A stretch of 64,000 nt of DNA, taken from the human T2T-CHM13v2.0 reference genome, Homo sapiens. Of the stretch, positions 44,944 through 62,892 are shown piece by piece. The stretch lies in NCBI RefSeq assembly GCF_009914755.1, contig NC_060930.1. The stretch is one strand, 5' to 3'. The position numbers were made by a program, and so were the translations under genes. Positions within the stretch are counted from its first letter, which is position 1; every line of letters begins with the position of its first letter. A model generated the notes under the pieces. That model searched no databases and was not told the DNA's origin. It worked only from the letters and a program-made list of their open reading frames with translations.

Positions 44944-45077
44944 AGTTTGCTTAGAATCAACATAATGAACATTTGCATAGTCTTGCAAGTTATACCAGTT
45001 TCTAGGTATAAAACTCAAGACTATCCAAATGTATACAAGATTATCCAAACGTTCATTATGTTGATTCTAAGCAAACT
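44944..45077. repeat. Long near-perfect inverted repeat (hairpin)
   Basis: Arms 44944-44985 and 45036-45077 are reverse complements at 39/42 positions, the outer 27 bp perfectly. Confidence 0.93.
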
Positions 45078-45671
45078 GAATGTTAGAATCTGGAAAATTG
45101 TCTTCCCTTCTACCATAGAGCCCACAGCATTCTATTATTAAAATGCTTATATCTACCAGATAGTACACCATGTTTTCCTCCATGGGAAAAAAATTAATTT
45201 GAAAAGATAAATTTTCATCATTCACTTTAATCCATAGGCACAGCTCCTACCATTGCAGCATTATTTTTTGTAACAGACCAGTTTTTACACTGATTTTAGA
45301 TTGGCATTTTCTTATGAGTTTTGGGGTATCTATTAGACCCTTTCTTTAAACCTCAGTTTGGTCCACACCACATTTGTAATTATTATGTGTTGCTTTTGCA
45401 GATAGCTGTTCTATCCATTTGCATTAGTTTATCTTAGTTTGTATTTCAAAGATTACCATTTTCTGACCTTCTTCACAGAATTGGAACCTTAAAATATGGA
45501 GTTATATAGCCATTTTTATGTTGTTTGCAGTGTTATTGTGACATTATTAAATATATTAGTGCCATAAATACTTTGGCTCTTTAAAAAAATCCTTAAAATT
45601 GAGCAGATTGTAGCGCAATAGATTTACTGCCAAAATATAACAAATATGTTTAATCTTTACATGTCTTTCAG

Positions 45672-45805
45672 CTTTCTCTATTAGAGCATTTCTATTCCCA
45701 GCCCTTAAGTGTCCTGTGCTGTAATCTTCCAGAAGCCAAAAGAAGAATAAATTTTTTATCAAATAATCAATGTGAAAACATCCGACGTCTACCATCTTTT
45801 AGGAG
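45672..45805 (+). CDS. ORC3: ORC3 exon 10 ([13 protein letters not shown]...RLPSFR)
   Basis: tctttcag| acceptor, AG|gtaaaa donor, 134 nt. Confidence 0.96.
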
Positions 45806-46266
45806 GTAAAAAGAGAAGTACATGTTTAACACATACTATACTAGAATTTGGTACTAAATAAGAGATCTCAGATCCAGTTATTTCTGAAGTAGGGAAAGGA
45901 ATAGTAACCTATTCTGTTTTTAATTGTGGGATTTCCTTGTTGGATTTGAAAATTTGGCAAAAAGAAAAGTATTTTTACAAAGGGACATAATTTGCAAGTT
46001 CTCCAGAGTTACTTTTTAGAAATAACATTTCCTATTCCTGGGGTTTATGGCCTTTTTTAATGTTTATATCTATAGACTATGAAGTCCAGCTGATTTAAGG
46101 AGTTTAAAATTACCATTAAACCATAAATGTCATACTGAATTTATTTTTGTGAAGAAATGAAAAAAATGTGGCTACCAATCTAGGTAGTTCTTTTTCCCAA
46201 TATGCTATTTAAATATGTTGAATGTTTAATTTTCTCTTTTTATGTATGGAATGGTGAAAATTCTAG

Positions 46267-46330
46267 GTACGTGGAAAAGCAAGCTTCAGAAAAGCAAGTT
46301 GCGCTCTTGACCAATGAGAGATATTTGAAG
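46267..46330 (+). CDS. ORC3: ORC3 exon 11 (RYVEKQASEKQVALLTNERYLK)
   Basis: ttctag| acceptor, AAG|gtagga donor, 64 nt. Confidence 0.95.
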
Positions 46331-47918
46331 GTAGGAATGTGAATGTGTTTCAGTTTCATTCTCTTTTTCCTTTCATAAAGAAGAATATGCATGTAACATT
46401 TATTGAGTTAATAAAACATATTTGTGCATCTTAATATTTATACAGTGAAGTACTGGGTCTTGATAGTCACCTAGGAATGTGAGTTTTAAAGATGACATAA
46501 AACCTTAGCTCTAAAAGTTGAGGCTTTTTTTAATCAAGAAAAAATATTAAACACCAAGTTTCTCTTGTGGCCTATTTTGAAAGCACCTTTAGATCTATAG
46601 AGATCTGCTATGTGAATCTTTTTCCACCTAGCAGTTTTGGAATCTGCCAGCAATTTCGTTGTAATGTTCTTTTTAAAGGCTGTGATAAATAAAAGCATTT
46701 AGAAGCCAGGCAGCTTAGGCGTCTGCTGCTAAGTGGGTATTGATTTGATTTGAAGAAATATCATTATATATTGATAATATAAAGCTAGGAAAGAAGTAAT
46801 GAGCTTAGAAAATTATCAGTGAGCTGTACAACATAAGGAATATCAAAAGAAGGAGGGCTTCTTTCTTGAATAAATAATACTTGGATGTAGTATATAATTC
46901 AAAATGGATATAGTATACTATATATGTTATAGTATATAATATACAGTGAAAGGCTTCGTTTCACCTGTCTTCCAACTACCCATGTCCCTTCCCTGGATAC
47001 AGCCAGTGTTACTAGTTTCTTATATTTCATTCTAGATAGAGTCTCCATACATACAAGTAATTATATTATATTTTGGCAGTTGCTGCCTTCTTACAATATT
47101 CTGCACCTTGTTTCATTTTGTACTTAATCTTGGAAATCATTCCATATTAGTACTGAAGAGTGACATAGTAGTCTATTGAATTAATGTACCTTTTTTAAGA
47201 ACATGCCTCTTACTGATGAGCATTTAGAAACACATAATGTCACATTTATTTTCATACTCCTCATGCCTTTTTTAGGAAAAAGTTGTTAGAATATTGTAAT
47301 GATAGTAAGATGAGATTGAAGGTAAGCCATAGTGCTAAAGATGAGTTTTGGTAATACATACGATTTTCAGATTTTGAACAAGAGAATGTTAGATCTTATA
47401 CATGTACAATTATATATCCATTTAAAAAATTAAAAATGTGTTTTAAAAAATGTTAGATTCTAGAGGGCATGTGTTTCCCTCCATTGGTAATTTATGCCCA
47501 TTATAAATGCTCAAAAAATATTCAGAATGGCTTTTATTAAACATTATTTCTAATGTAGAATCCACACTGGGCCGTAATATAAAGTCACTTCTAGATTGGG
47601 CTCAATAATCATTTTAGTAATCTCTGTAATGCCTTCAGAGCAGTATAGGAGGTTCTCAGACCTCCATGCAGGTTGTTTTGCTGGGAAGAAATTTAAGAAC
47701 TAGTGAGAAAGAATGTGTGCATGTTTACTGAGTCTTTGGAGATTAGCTAGATTAGCTCTCTGTTGAGTCAGCTAGTTGCCAAGTCCATTTCCTGCTAGAA
47801 CTTTCTGTCAGAGTTATTTCAGAAGCCAGGAATAGATTTTTTAAGAGTACCTTTAACCATTGAGATGACAGAGGGAGAGAATGTCTAGGCTAGTGTATTA
47901 TAGAAATTGCCTGACATT

Positions 47919-48231
<313 letters not shown>

Positions 48232-48518
48232 GAGCCTGACATTTATGTCTGCTTTTCAGTGACTTTTTACATATTTTCTTAGCATTTATTTATGCTATCC
48301 TTGTTCTTGTTGCACTGTCAGTTTTGCTTGTTATGATCTTTGGTGTATTCATTTTCAAATTACATACTTTGTCATATAAGTGCATGTTTTCTAGAGACTT
48401 ATACAGTGAGAAATATGAAAAAGCACAGAGATTTGTACCCTTACCCTGAAAAAGTTAGCTGCAGGCTACCTGCTGAAATCAAAAGACAGAAAGTGTCTAA
48501 GAAAAAATGAATGTTTTA

Positions 48519-48820
48519 GGCCAGGCACGGTGGCTCACTCCTGTAATCCCAGCATTTTGGGAATCTGAGGTGGACGGATCACTTGAAGTCAGGAGTTCAA
48601 GACCAGCCTGGCCAATATGGTGAAACCCTGTCTCTACTAAAAATACAAAAATTAGCCGGGCATAGTGGTGCATGCCTGTAATCTGAGCTACTCCAGAGGC
48701 TGAGGCAGGAGAATCACTTGAACCTGGGAGGTGGAGGTTGCAGTGAGCCAAGATCATGCCCTAGCGTCAGCAACAGAGCAAGACTCTGTTTCAAAGAACA
48801 AAAACAAAACAAAACAAAAG
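48519..48820 (+). mobile_element. AluS
   Basis: Dimer with (CAAAA)n tail. Confidence 0.9.
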
Positions 48821-49016
48821 AATGTGTCTTGATTTTTTAGTTTAAAGTATCTTTGAATATTCTCATAATAATGCTTCTCTTTTTATGGTTTTGTAAAAAT
48901 ACATGACAATAATGTGGTACTACAAAATATAGGAAATTTTGTATTTGAACTGCAGTTACTCATTAGCTATCTATATTTAAGAAAATCACTTACCTTATTT
49001 AAGCCTCAATTTTCTT

Positions 49017-50779
<1,763 letters not shown>

Positions 50780-50820
50780 TATTTAAGCCTCAATTTTCTT
50801 ATATAGAAAGTAGGATAATA

Positions 50821-51119
50821 GGCTGGGTGTGGTGGCCCATGCCTGTAATCTCAGCACTTTGGGAGGCCAAGGCAGGCAGATCACTTGAGGCCAGGAGTTT
50901 GAGACCAGCCTGGACAGCATAGCAAAACCCCTTCTCTACTAAAAATACAAAAAATTATCCAAGTGTGGTGGTGTGTGCTTGTTAACCCAGCTACTTGGGA
51001 GGCTGAGACACTAGAATCCCTTTAACCAGGGAGGCAGAGGTTATAGTGAGCTGAGACAGCGCCACTGCACTCCAGCCTGGGCAACACAGCATGACTCTGT
51101 CTCCAAAAAAAAAAAAAAA
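50821..51119 (+). mobile_element. Alu (S/J)
   Basis: TSD aaagtaggataata. Confidence 0.9.
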
Positions 51120-51292
51120 GTAGGATAATAATTCCTAGTATGATTTTTTCATAAGGTTAGTGATAATCAAAGTTTGTTCAGCAAATAAAAGTGATTTGAA
51201 AACAAATATAATGATAAAGCTTTTATAAATGAAAATAATAACTTGTTATATATTTTTCACTCATAAAAATTAAGATCAATATGAACACATTT

Positions 51293-51911
<619 letters not shown>

Positions 51912-52424
51912 AATATGAACACATTTCAATGTATATAAAGATGTATATACATTTTTATGTATTATAATATACAATCTATATGTAATATTTATAATACTCT
52001 TATGTTATATAGTTGTATAGACATGCCTACCATTAGAGTTTATCATTTTGTGCCCATTTTCTATATTCAAGTGTCTAAGAGCTAGACCTCACAGAATATT
52101 CCAGAGAAATTTACAGTCTGTATAACTGGAAACCACACTTCAAGAACTACTAAGTTAGACTGCCTCCCTAGGAGGAAACATTTGTTATTGTTTCCCCCAT
52201 CACCTCATTTTCTTAAGCTAGAACTAATCTATTAAGTTCCCACCTAAACAAATGATTGATCTCAGTTATCCTCTGACTAGAATCAAGACGTTAACAAAAA
52301 CCTTTAACTCCCTCAAAATTATGGATCCACTGCTTCAGAACTATATGTCAGCTTTGAATTTAATGAACTCAGTAATGAGTTTTTTAAAAAGTGTACTTTT
52401 AAATGTAAAAATTTAGCTGACTAA

Positions 52425-52658
52425 AACTAACACAGGAACAGAAAACCAAGCACCACATGTTCTCATTTGTGAGTGGGAGCTGAACAATGAGAGCACAGGT
52501 CGGAGGGAGAGCATCAGGATAAACAGCTAATGCATGCGGGGCTTAATACCTAGATGATGGGTTGATAGGTGCAGCAAACTACCATGGCACACATTTACCT
52601 AAGTAAGAAACCTGCACGTCCTGCACATGTATCCCAGAACTTAAAATAAAATAAAATT
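52425..52658 (+). mobile_element. Short L1PA 3'-end fragment
   Basis: L1 3'UTR sequence and A tail; degenerate TSD ttagctgactaaa/ttacctgactaaa. Confidence 0.85.
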
Positions 52659-53879
52659 TAAAACTTTACCTGACTAAACAATGTACATTTGTAGGTGATT
52701 TGCTAGGAATTTCCTACTAAGGAGGGACATTAGAAGACCTGGTACAGCTGATGAAATACTGAAAATCTTCATACTATGTAGAAAGCTTAGATTCATTCCC
52801 TTGCAGGTGACAGTTGAAGTTTTATTATTCTTACTTGTTAATGTTTCACGTCTTTATACCTATTTTCCCAACTAGACTTTAAATCCTTTTAGAGTGAGAA
52901 ATAAACCTTGAACTCCTTTAGCACCCTCATTTCAAAAATGAAGAACTGCAGCCAAGAGAAAGGAAGTGAAGTATCTCATGTCACAGAGCAAGTTCATGGT
53001 AGAGTAAGGACTTCTTTTCACCGTTTAGTATGCTTATCATAGTGTCTCATGAACAAAAGGCACAAAATCAGTTCATGAGTTTGATGAAGACCTGCCTTTC
53101 ACCTTTGACCCCACCTCTTTCTGTTTCTTTTGTCAGACCTACAGGGCAGACAGGGGGAAGAAAATTTCTTAGAAAAAATAATAAATGGAAAAGTAAAGGA
53201 AAAAGGAAAACAATCACAGTCTATCAAATGTGATCAAATGAGCTGGGCATTAGCCTAGTGTGTCAGGAATTAATCATTTAAATTCAAACTCTTTGTCAAG
53301 TGCTTCTCTTGATCTATACTGCTGAGGTAGGAATATGGAGAACAAAAGGCAGAGACAGATGAGAAGACTAGCACTCTTGCCACATAAGTGCTAGGAGAAA
53401 GCTGTGGTTTGGCATTCTTATTAGATAGCAGTAATATGCTAAGTCTGGAAAACACTGCCAGCCAGCATTTTTCTCTAATGAGAAAAATAAGGCTTAGTTA
53501 TAACAAGATAATAAATGAGAAAATTCTGTGTTCTTAGACAGCTGATATCTCTTAATCCTAAAATTCAACAGTCTGTTTTACCAGTTTTTAATGATCAGTG
53601 AATTGATTGAAAAGAAATTACAGAAGTTTATAGTCATTTTTACATACTTTATTTTATAATCTGAGGTCACTGTTCACCCCTATACATACAATTTTAGAGA
53701 CAAAAGTGGTAAGTACTATGGAAGTAGAAGAGAAATAAATGCATGGCAAATGTAATTCTGCCTAGCCTTTTTTTCTTTACCTGTATAAGTTTTACATATG
53801 TATTGACTTCTCCTCCAGAGAAAGCAGCTAGCTCAATAACAATAGGGGCTCTGTCATATAAGTAAACAGTGATATATGA

Positions 53880-54200
53880 TTTTTAAAAAATAGATTCAGG
53901 GGGTTACAGGTGCAGGTTTGTTACATATTGGATGATGGTGAGTTTTTGGCTTCTAGTGTGCCCATCACCTGAATAGTGAACATTGTACCTAATAAATAAT
54001 TTCTCTGCCGTCACCCCTCCCAACCCTACCCCTTTTGAAGTCCACAGTGTCTGTTATTTTACTCTGTATATACATGTGTACCTATTATTTAGCTCTCACG
54101 TATAAGTGAGAACGTGCGGTATTTGATTTTCTGTTTCTGAGTTATTTCACTTAGGATACTGGCCTCCTGCTCCATCCATGTTGCTGCAAAAGACATGCTA
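53880..54200 (-). mobile_element. Older L1PA 3'-end fragment
   Basis: gtgcaggtttgttacat...ccatccatgttgctgcaaaagacatg L1 3'UTR motifs. Confidence 0.8.
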
Positions 54201-54465
54201 TCAGTGAATGATTTTTGTATGAATAACAGACAGGATTGATGAGGTTGGAGATGACTAATTTAAGAGGGTATATTGCACATTAAGAGGCAACCCACAGTCT
54301 AATGTAAATGTGTTTTTTAAACATACATTTAAAAAAAATGTTAGAACCAATATTTACATATTGAGAAATTTTACGTTACAAATTCAGACTTTTGAAAAAT
54401 CAGGAAATCTAGACCACATCCAGCAAGACAAAATATGGTTGCTCTTACTTAAAAGAGAGACTGAG

Positions 54466-54738
<273 letters not shown>

Positions 54739-55190
54739 GAGAGACTAAGTGTTCAGCCTTCATTCATTAATGTACTCTTCATTCAGCCAATATTTTTCTA
54801 GTGCCTATTATGTGCCCGGTGTTAATCTAGGTTTTGAGAATACAGGAGTGAACCAAACAGCCAAAACTTCTACCGTTTTCATTGTATCAGGGAGACAGAC
54901 AATAAATAAGATAAATAAGTAAAATATCTGTTAGTGATAAGTGCTGAGATAAAAACAATGAAGCAGAGAAGAAGGATATGAAGTTCCATGTGCGTGGGAA
55001 GTGGAGTCAAAATTTTAAATAAGGACCTGACTGAGAAGGTAAATTTTGAGTAAAGACCTAAAGGAAGTCACAGAGCTTGCCACTCAAGAATCTGGAGGAA
55101 GGGAATTCTAAGCAGGTAGAAAGGACCTGAGGTTGGAGCATGTCTGCCATATTTGAAGAAGAGCAAGGAGGCTGTTATGTATTGCTTTGC

Positions 55191-55554
<364 letters not shown>

Positions 55555-55810
55555 TAAAGACTAAGAAGTCTTCATGCTTAAAGAACAGAGAAAGCATATC
55601 TTTTTAGTAAATAATGCATATTCCTAGACAAAGTGTATCTCCGTAGAAAAGAATCATTGTAAACACAATTATGAAACAAAATGGTGACAGCTATGACTAG
55701 TGTGCAGAAAAAGTGCCTGAAGAAAAATTTAACATATGGAAAGTAGGGTTAATATTTCAACAGGCTTTATTTTCACATGTACATGGTATGATGCTGCTGT
55801 AATGTATTAA

Positions 55811-56108
<298 letters not shown>

Positions 56109-56194
56109 CGAAAATTTTCTCATATATCAAAACCTTTTACAGGTTTGAGTTTGTAAAATAGTGTCCATAAGTACATTAAGAATTATTGTTTTAA

Positions 56195-56590
<396 letters not shown>

Positions 56591-56761
56591 TTAATCATTT
56601 GTGATGTTTTTTGTTGCAACTGATAAAAACACATATAAATAACAATGAAATCTTTATTATGTGGAGATTAGGTTCTAAAGTCAGCACATAAGGTGAAGAT
56701 CTGGGATGGTCAAAATTACTCTTGAAAAATCCCTTAGAAAGGTACAGCAAACCTTCTCTCA

Positions 56762-57150
<389 letters not shown>

Positions 57151-58329
57151 AATTTTTATTTTTATCTTAAAATAAAATAATGATTAAAGCAAAACAAAAC
57201 ATTTTTTAAACACTAGAACTCTACTCAGCACAGGGATGCACCACACAGTGAAAAGTATGAAGGAACTGAGACCACCTAGGAGAAAAACATGTTTATATTC
57301 CTCATCGAACACTTATTCCAGGGCAGGTATGTTCCTTGAGTATGCAGTATTGCCCTATAGTGGGTAAAGTATTTCTTTTCTCTCCTTATCCAAGTAAATG
57401 GAATGAAGATACTCACTTCTACTGCATCACCCAGATACTTGTACACATAGCTATTCCACAAGGCAAAAGAAAATAGGTAGCACAAGTAGCATGCAGTGTG
57501 ATTACTCAGTAATAGAGTTCATTTTCTTCAAAATATTCCCCCTGTTTAAAAGCTATTTAAGCACACATCAAGGTAATTAATGGCTTTATGCCATCTGTAT
57601 GTTATGGCTCACAGTAAAAAACTAAAGAACTAAGCTAAAGTTTAGAACTAAAGTATACCCTCCCAATGGTGGTTAAAACAATTTTTGATTATGGCTACTT
57701 TTGTTATGATAGGAGATTTAGATTTTGTTGTGATAGGAGACATAGATTTTGAAATTACCAATCAACTCAAATAATGGGAGGGAAAACATTTAGGTGCTAA
57801 AAACTTTTCTTTAATCTGCCATGTGCTTTCAGGTAATGACCCGTAGATCGTTGACCAAGGAATTGATTTCCTAAGTGAGTTGGTGTTTAGGAAGATATGT
57901 CATATTTATTGCTTTACAGAGGTTAGATTTGCTTGAATTTATTGATATCTGAGTTATTTTCTATATGGCTGACCACTAAAAATAATGGGTATCTGCAAGA
58001 TATTACTGAAATAAAGACACAGCCCAGCAAAGCCTTTATTTGACTTCTTAAAGGAGAAAAATATTGAAGACCATGGCACAGATGATAATCCTCTTAAGAA
58101 AATGTTACAGAGTAAGTGGTTATAAAAGGAATTGAGGCCTGAAAATTACCTGATAGGATATAATGTTTTAAAATCATTTCTAAACTATTTCAGGAGGCTC
58201 TAGAAAACCTCTCTCTCCCCTCAACAAAACCTTTTGAAACTGATTTGTGAGATTAATCATCCATAGGTTTCTTCTTTTTTTCTGTATCTAAATCCCTAAT
58301 ATGGCGAGTAGGGCTAGTTTTCGGTTGTG

Positions 58330-58460
58330 GGTTTTTTATTTTTATACAAATGAGGTCTCACTATGTTGCTCACCCAGGTCTTAAACTTCTAAGCTCAAGC
58401 TATCCTCCTGCCTCAGCCCTCCAAAGTGCTGGGATTACAGGCATGAGCCACTACACCTGC
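58330..58460 (-). mobile_element. FLAM
   Basis: Antisense monomer. Confidence 0.78.
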
Positions 58461-59165
58461 ATAGATTTCTTAAGACACTATCCCTCATGTCATCATCCTT
58501 GCTAGATTCTAAATTATAAAACTTGTTGGCTTCAGATTTATTTATTTATTTATTCTTTTTTTTTTTCTTAATTGGTGAAGCAAATAAAACCAGTATTGGA
58601 GATCTCAGCAAGAGGCAGGGACTCATCAGAATCACTTGTGTTTCTGCCATAGTCTTTTCATTTTCCCCTTCAAACACACTAACACACTTGAGTAGTACTT
58701 TAGGAAAAGTATGCAACATAAGCAGAACTTTAGCAAGTTCATTAGGTTGGTACCATTCTGTCTGGTGATCTCACTCTTCTGATGCTAGCAAGGTGGAGGA
58801 TAAAGCACCTTCCCTTGCTGTGGCACACACCAGGTGATGGGCACAGGCAAGCATCCACTAAGGTGCTTTCTTGCATACTTGTAATTTTGGTGGCCAAAGT
58901 ATTGTGGGAATGCTAGAGCTATCAGGAGATTAAAATACAGTATCAATTCTGGCTTGTGTAAAGTATCACCAGACTTGATACTAAATCAGAAATGCTCTGC
59001 CTGTATTCTGGATTTTATATGTATTTCAAATTTTCATGAATTAATTTGTAGTTTTGAATCTTCTTGTCAGTTTTCCAGAAATTTTTATAGCCATGAAGTA
59101 GATTGTATTATTATGCTCTTTTATTAGCTGACTTACATATTAATAATATATTCTGTGATTTTTAG

Positions 59166-59282
59166 GAGGAAACACAATTATTACTAGAAAACCTGCATGT
59201 TTATCATATGAATTACTTCCTGGTTTTGAGATGTCTTCATAAGTTCACCTCTTCTCTTCCCAAGTATCCACTAGGTCGACAG
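59166..59282 (+). CDS. ORC3: ORC3 exon 12 (EETQLLLE...PKYPLGRQ)
   Basis: tttttag| acceptor, CAG|gtaatc donor, 117 nt. Confidence 0.96.
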
Positions 59283-59835
59283 GTAATCCAAGCCTCCTCA
59301 TTTGTAATCCATGAAGTAGGAATGTTAGTATTTTCTTGCTTTGGTTTTTGTAGCATTCAGGCATCAGAATGTGAAATGAAGCCAATCCTTACAATGAGAA
59401 CACAATCTAAATCCATTCCAGCTGTAAACATTACTGGTAATTGATATTGTTTTTTTGTTCAGATGGCCACAGCTAGAAACAGCCGTATGAATCCCAGTGG
59501 TGTTGCTTCCCCTACAATGTTTTTGTACTAAGGCATTTGAACTTTCCTTCTTTAACACTTCCTTGTCACCTGTACTGAGAGAGCTGTTTCTCTTCCCTTA
59601 ATGGAAGAAGGAATCTGTTTGAGAATGCTTGATGGTTAACCTTGCACTACGCCCAGAATAAAAAGAGAAGCAGTACTTCTGCTGCTTGAAAAATTATGCT
59701 CAGCTGGCCTTTATGTTATTCGATAAACCTATCAACCATCTGTAGAGTAGATTTTAGCAGAGAAATTCTATATTCCTAAATCATCTTAGCTCAAAGCTTT
59801 GGAGAACAAATACCAGTATGTAAGAATGACTTGTT

Positions 59836-60120
59836 GGCTGGGTGCAGTGACTCACGCCTGTAATCCCAGCACTTTGGGAAGCCAAGGCAGGTGGTTCGCC
59901 TGAGGTCAGCAATTCGAGAACAGCCTGGCCAACATGGTGAAACCCTGTCTCTACTAAAAATACAAAAATTAGCCCGGCGTGGTGGCACACACCTGTAGTC
60001 CCAGCTATGAGGGAGGCTGAGGCAGGAGGATGGCTTGAACCTGGGAGGCGGAGGTTGCACTGAGCTGAGATCACTGCACTCCAGCCTGGATGACAGAGTG
60101 AGACTCCGTCTAAAAAAAAA
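59836..60120 (+). mobile_element. AluS
   Basis: TSD aagaatgacttgtt. Confidence 0.9.
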
Positions 60121-60213
60121 GAATGACTTGTTCATGAGGTGATTTTTGCCATTGAGCCTTAAATGAGCCTCTTTTTCTCATTTTTCCTTTATCAGTTTCT
60201 TATTTTAAAATGA

Positions 60214-60553
<340 letters not shown>

Positions 60554-60728
60554 GTAAATTGCATTCTTATAAAGCCTGATCCATGAGATATATGCCAAGT
60601 CTATTATAATCTAAAGAAAATGACTTTTAATAACATTAATTTTTTTTGTGTTGACCAGAAATGATTTTTGCCAAACTAGTAGTGTGTATACACTTTTGGT
60701 TCCTCACAAATGTGTTGTTCCCTTACAG

Positions 60729-60808
60729 ATCAGAGAGTTGTACTGTACATGTTTAGAAAAGAACATATGGGATTCAGAGGAGTATGCATCAGTCTTGCAG
60801 CTGCTGAG
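60729..60808 (+). CDS. ORC3: ORC3 exon 13 (IRELYCTCL...VLQLLR); gene continues beyond window
   Basis: ccttacag| acceptor, AG|gtagtt donor, 80 nt. Confidence 0.95.
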
Positions 60809-62892
60809 GTAGTTTTGTTTTTTCTTGTTTTTCTATTTTTGTCTGCTATAAGCCTGCCAGTAAGTAGCACCTTCCTCTAGAACCCTGCCTGCCAAAAAGT
60901 TTCATAAATAGCCATGTTGTGTCTAAGAATATTTGCATATATCTTGAATTTATCCATGTAGCTTATGATGTTCTTAATATAGCAACTATCCGTTTCTTTG
61001 CTGGTTTAACCTTGCATTTGAGCTTGTGGTTTTTAAAGGAAAATCCATGATTGTTTAGTCAAATACTGACACTACCCTAAGAGAGCTTAGATATGGATCA
61101 TTTGAATCCAGCCAACTTTACATCATGGCAGGGAAAGCAAGTCATGAAAAGTGAGGTCACCATGTCCCCAACCTGGTTGAATGCAGGAAGAGCATCATTG
61201 GGTGATATGTACCCAGTGGTCACAGCTGACCTTGACTAGGAGCAGCAAGGAGTAGGCAGTGGCCTTGGTGCCTTCCCTCACCTTAACATTGGCTAATTCA
61301 TAAATTATTTATCTAATAATATACAAGTAAATAAAATATCTTAGTGTTAAAGTTATTATTTATATTCCTTGGTTTCACTTCTTATATGTATAGTTACTTT
61401 TTAGTCTTCCATAAAAAAATGACACTTGGATAGTTATAAGGGGAAATCACATGTGAGCTAAGTTTCGCCAGTTTTATAATTTTCCTCAGAGGTTGTAAAT
61501 GCTTATATAAAAATATTTTAAAGAAGTCTGAAAACTGAATATTTATTAAGTCTTGCTTTCCTCTGGGCCCACAAGAAAAGAACAGATGGGCACAGTAGGA
61601 GGAAAATTCACACTGAAAGCACTTCAAGTCCAGAGACTTAATAATACAAATATTAGTGATCTAGCAGGTGCAGCTTAAGATAGAAAATGAATTTCATGCT
61701 ATCTGGAAAAATACCTCCCCATGGAAACTAGATTGCCACTGAAAAGCTGTGTTTTATTTCATTTTTTAAAATCCCAACAAGATTTCTTTTTTCTTCTTTT
61801 TTTTTACCCATAAGGAAACCAAAAAATCCCAATAAGATTTCTATGTATTTATAAGCTTATGTCAACTATAGTATTTCTGAGACTTATTTTGCTTTCTAAA
61901 TATACCTATCTTATATACCCAGTTGATTCTTTCAGGTTTTTCTCTTTTAAGCTTTGTGATTAGTAATTGTCTTCCTTCTCCAGTGAGGTGTTCCCAGATT
62001 CATAGATTCTTTTGTCAAAGAGGAACTTGTTCTTTTTGTTCTGAACCTCCCAACACCAGTTGTCTTAGGGTACAGTCAAGAACCAAGAATGCCAGTTCCA
62101 AAGTAGGGTAAGGAAACATGAGCAGCAGTAGTAATGGTGATAGCAGTAACCATCACTTATTGAAGGCTTGCTGTGTGCAAGGCACTTTGTTAGGCACTCT
62201 CAGTACATTTTCCAATCTAAAACTCTTAATATACCTTTATGGTAGATATTATTAGGCACACTTTACCCCCTGAGGAATCTGAAACACACACAGGGATTAA
62301 GTGACTTGCCTGAGATCACCTAGCTGCTGAGGGAACCAGGATTCTACTCCAGGTCTGACTTCAAAGCTGTTATACCTTCTGCTTTTCTTGGCCAAGATCT
62401 AAAATATGGATTTGGAGATCTGAGTACAGCAGAAGCAAAAAATAGAAAATGAGATTTCATTTTGCTAAGCTGAGGTCAGAAACATGGGCAGTCAAGAGCA
62501 AAGCAATGTAAAAAGCACTATGGGTCAAATATAATACCTACAGCAAGGACAGGCAGGAGTCTGGGTTCTATAAAAGAGGAAAGGAATTGGGGAACCTCTG
62601 GGCTGGAATCAGCCTTTTCTCCTTTGTACAGATTTGATGTAGAGCAGAAGTCAGGGACGCTTTTTAGTTAAGGCATTCTCAATAGGCATCACCTGAACTT
62701 GAGACCATTCTCATCACCTGTCTTGAAATTTTATTTAACTCATGAGAGAAAAGACTAAAATGACCCCTGAATGATGCTTTGGAAAGAATAACTGCTTAAG
62801 GTACTATTAGAAACATAATCTAATTAAATTTCTTATTTGAAATTTTTTATAAGAATCAGCTTAAATTATTTTTCAAGAAAAAATGCTTTTTA

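Noticed and set aside
57699-57751. 24-bp tandem duplication (similar short ones at ~40177 and ~61770)
   Set aside because: Ordinary slippage duplications with no spacer-repeat organisation.
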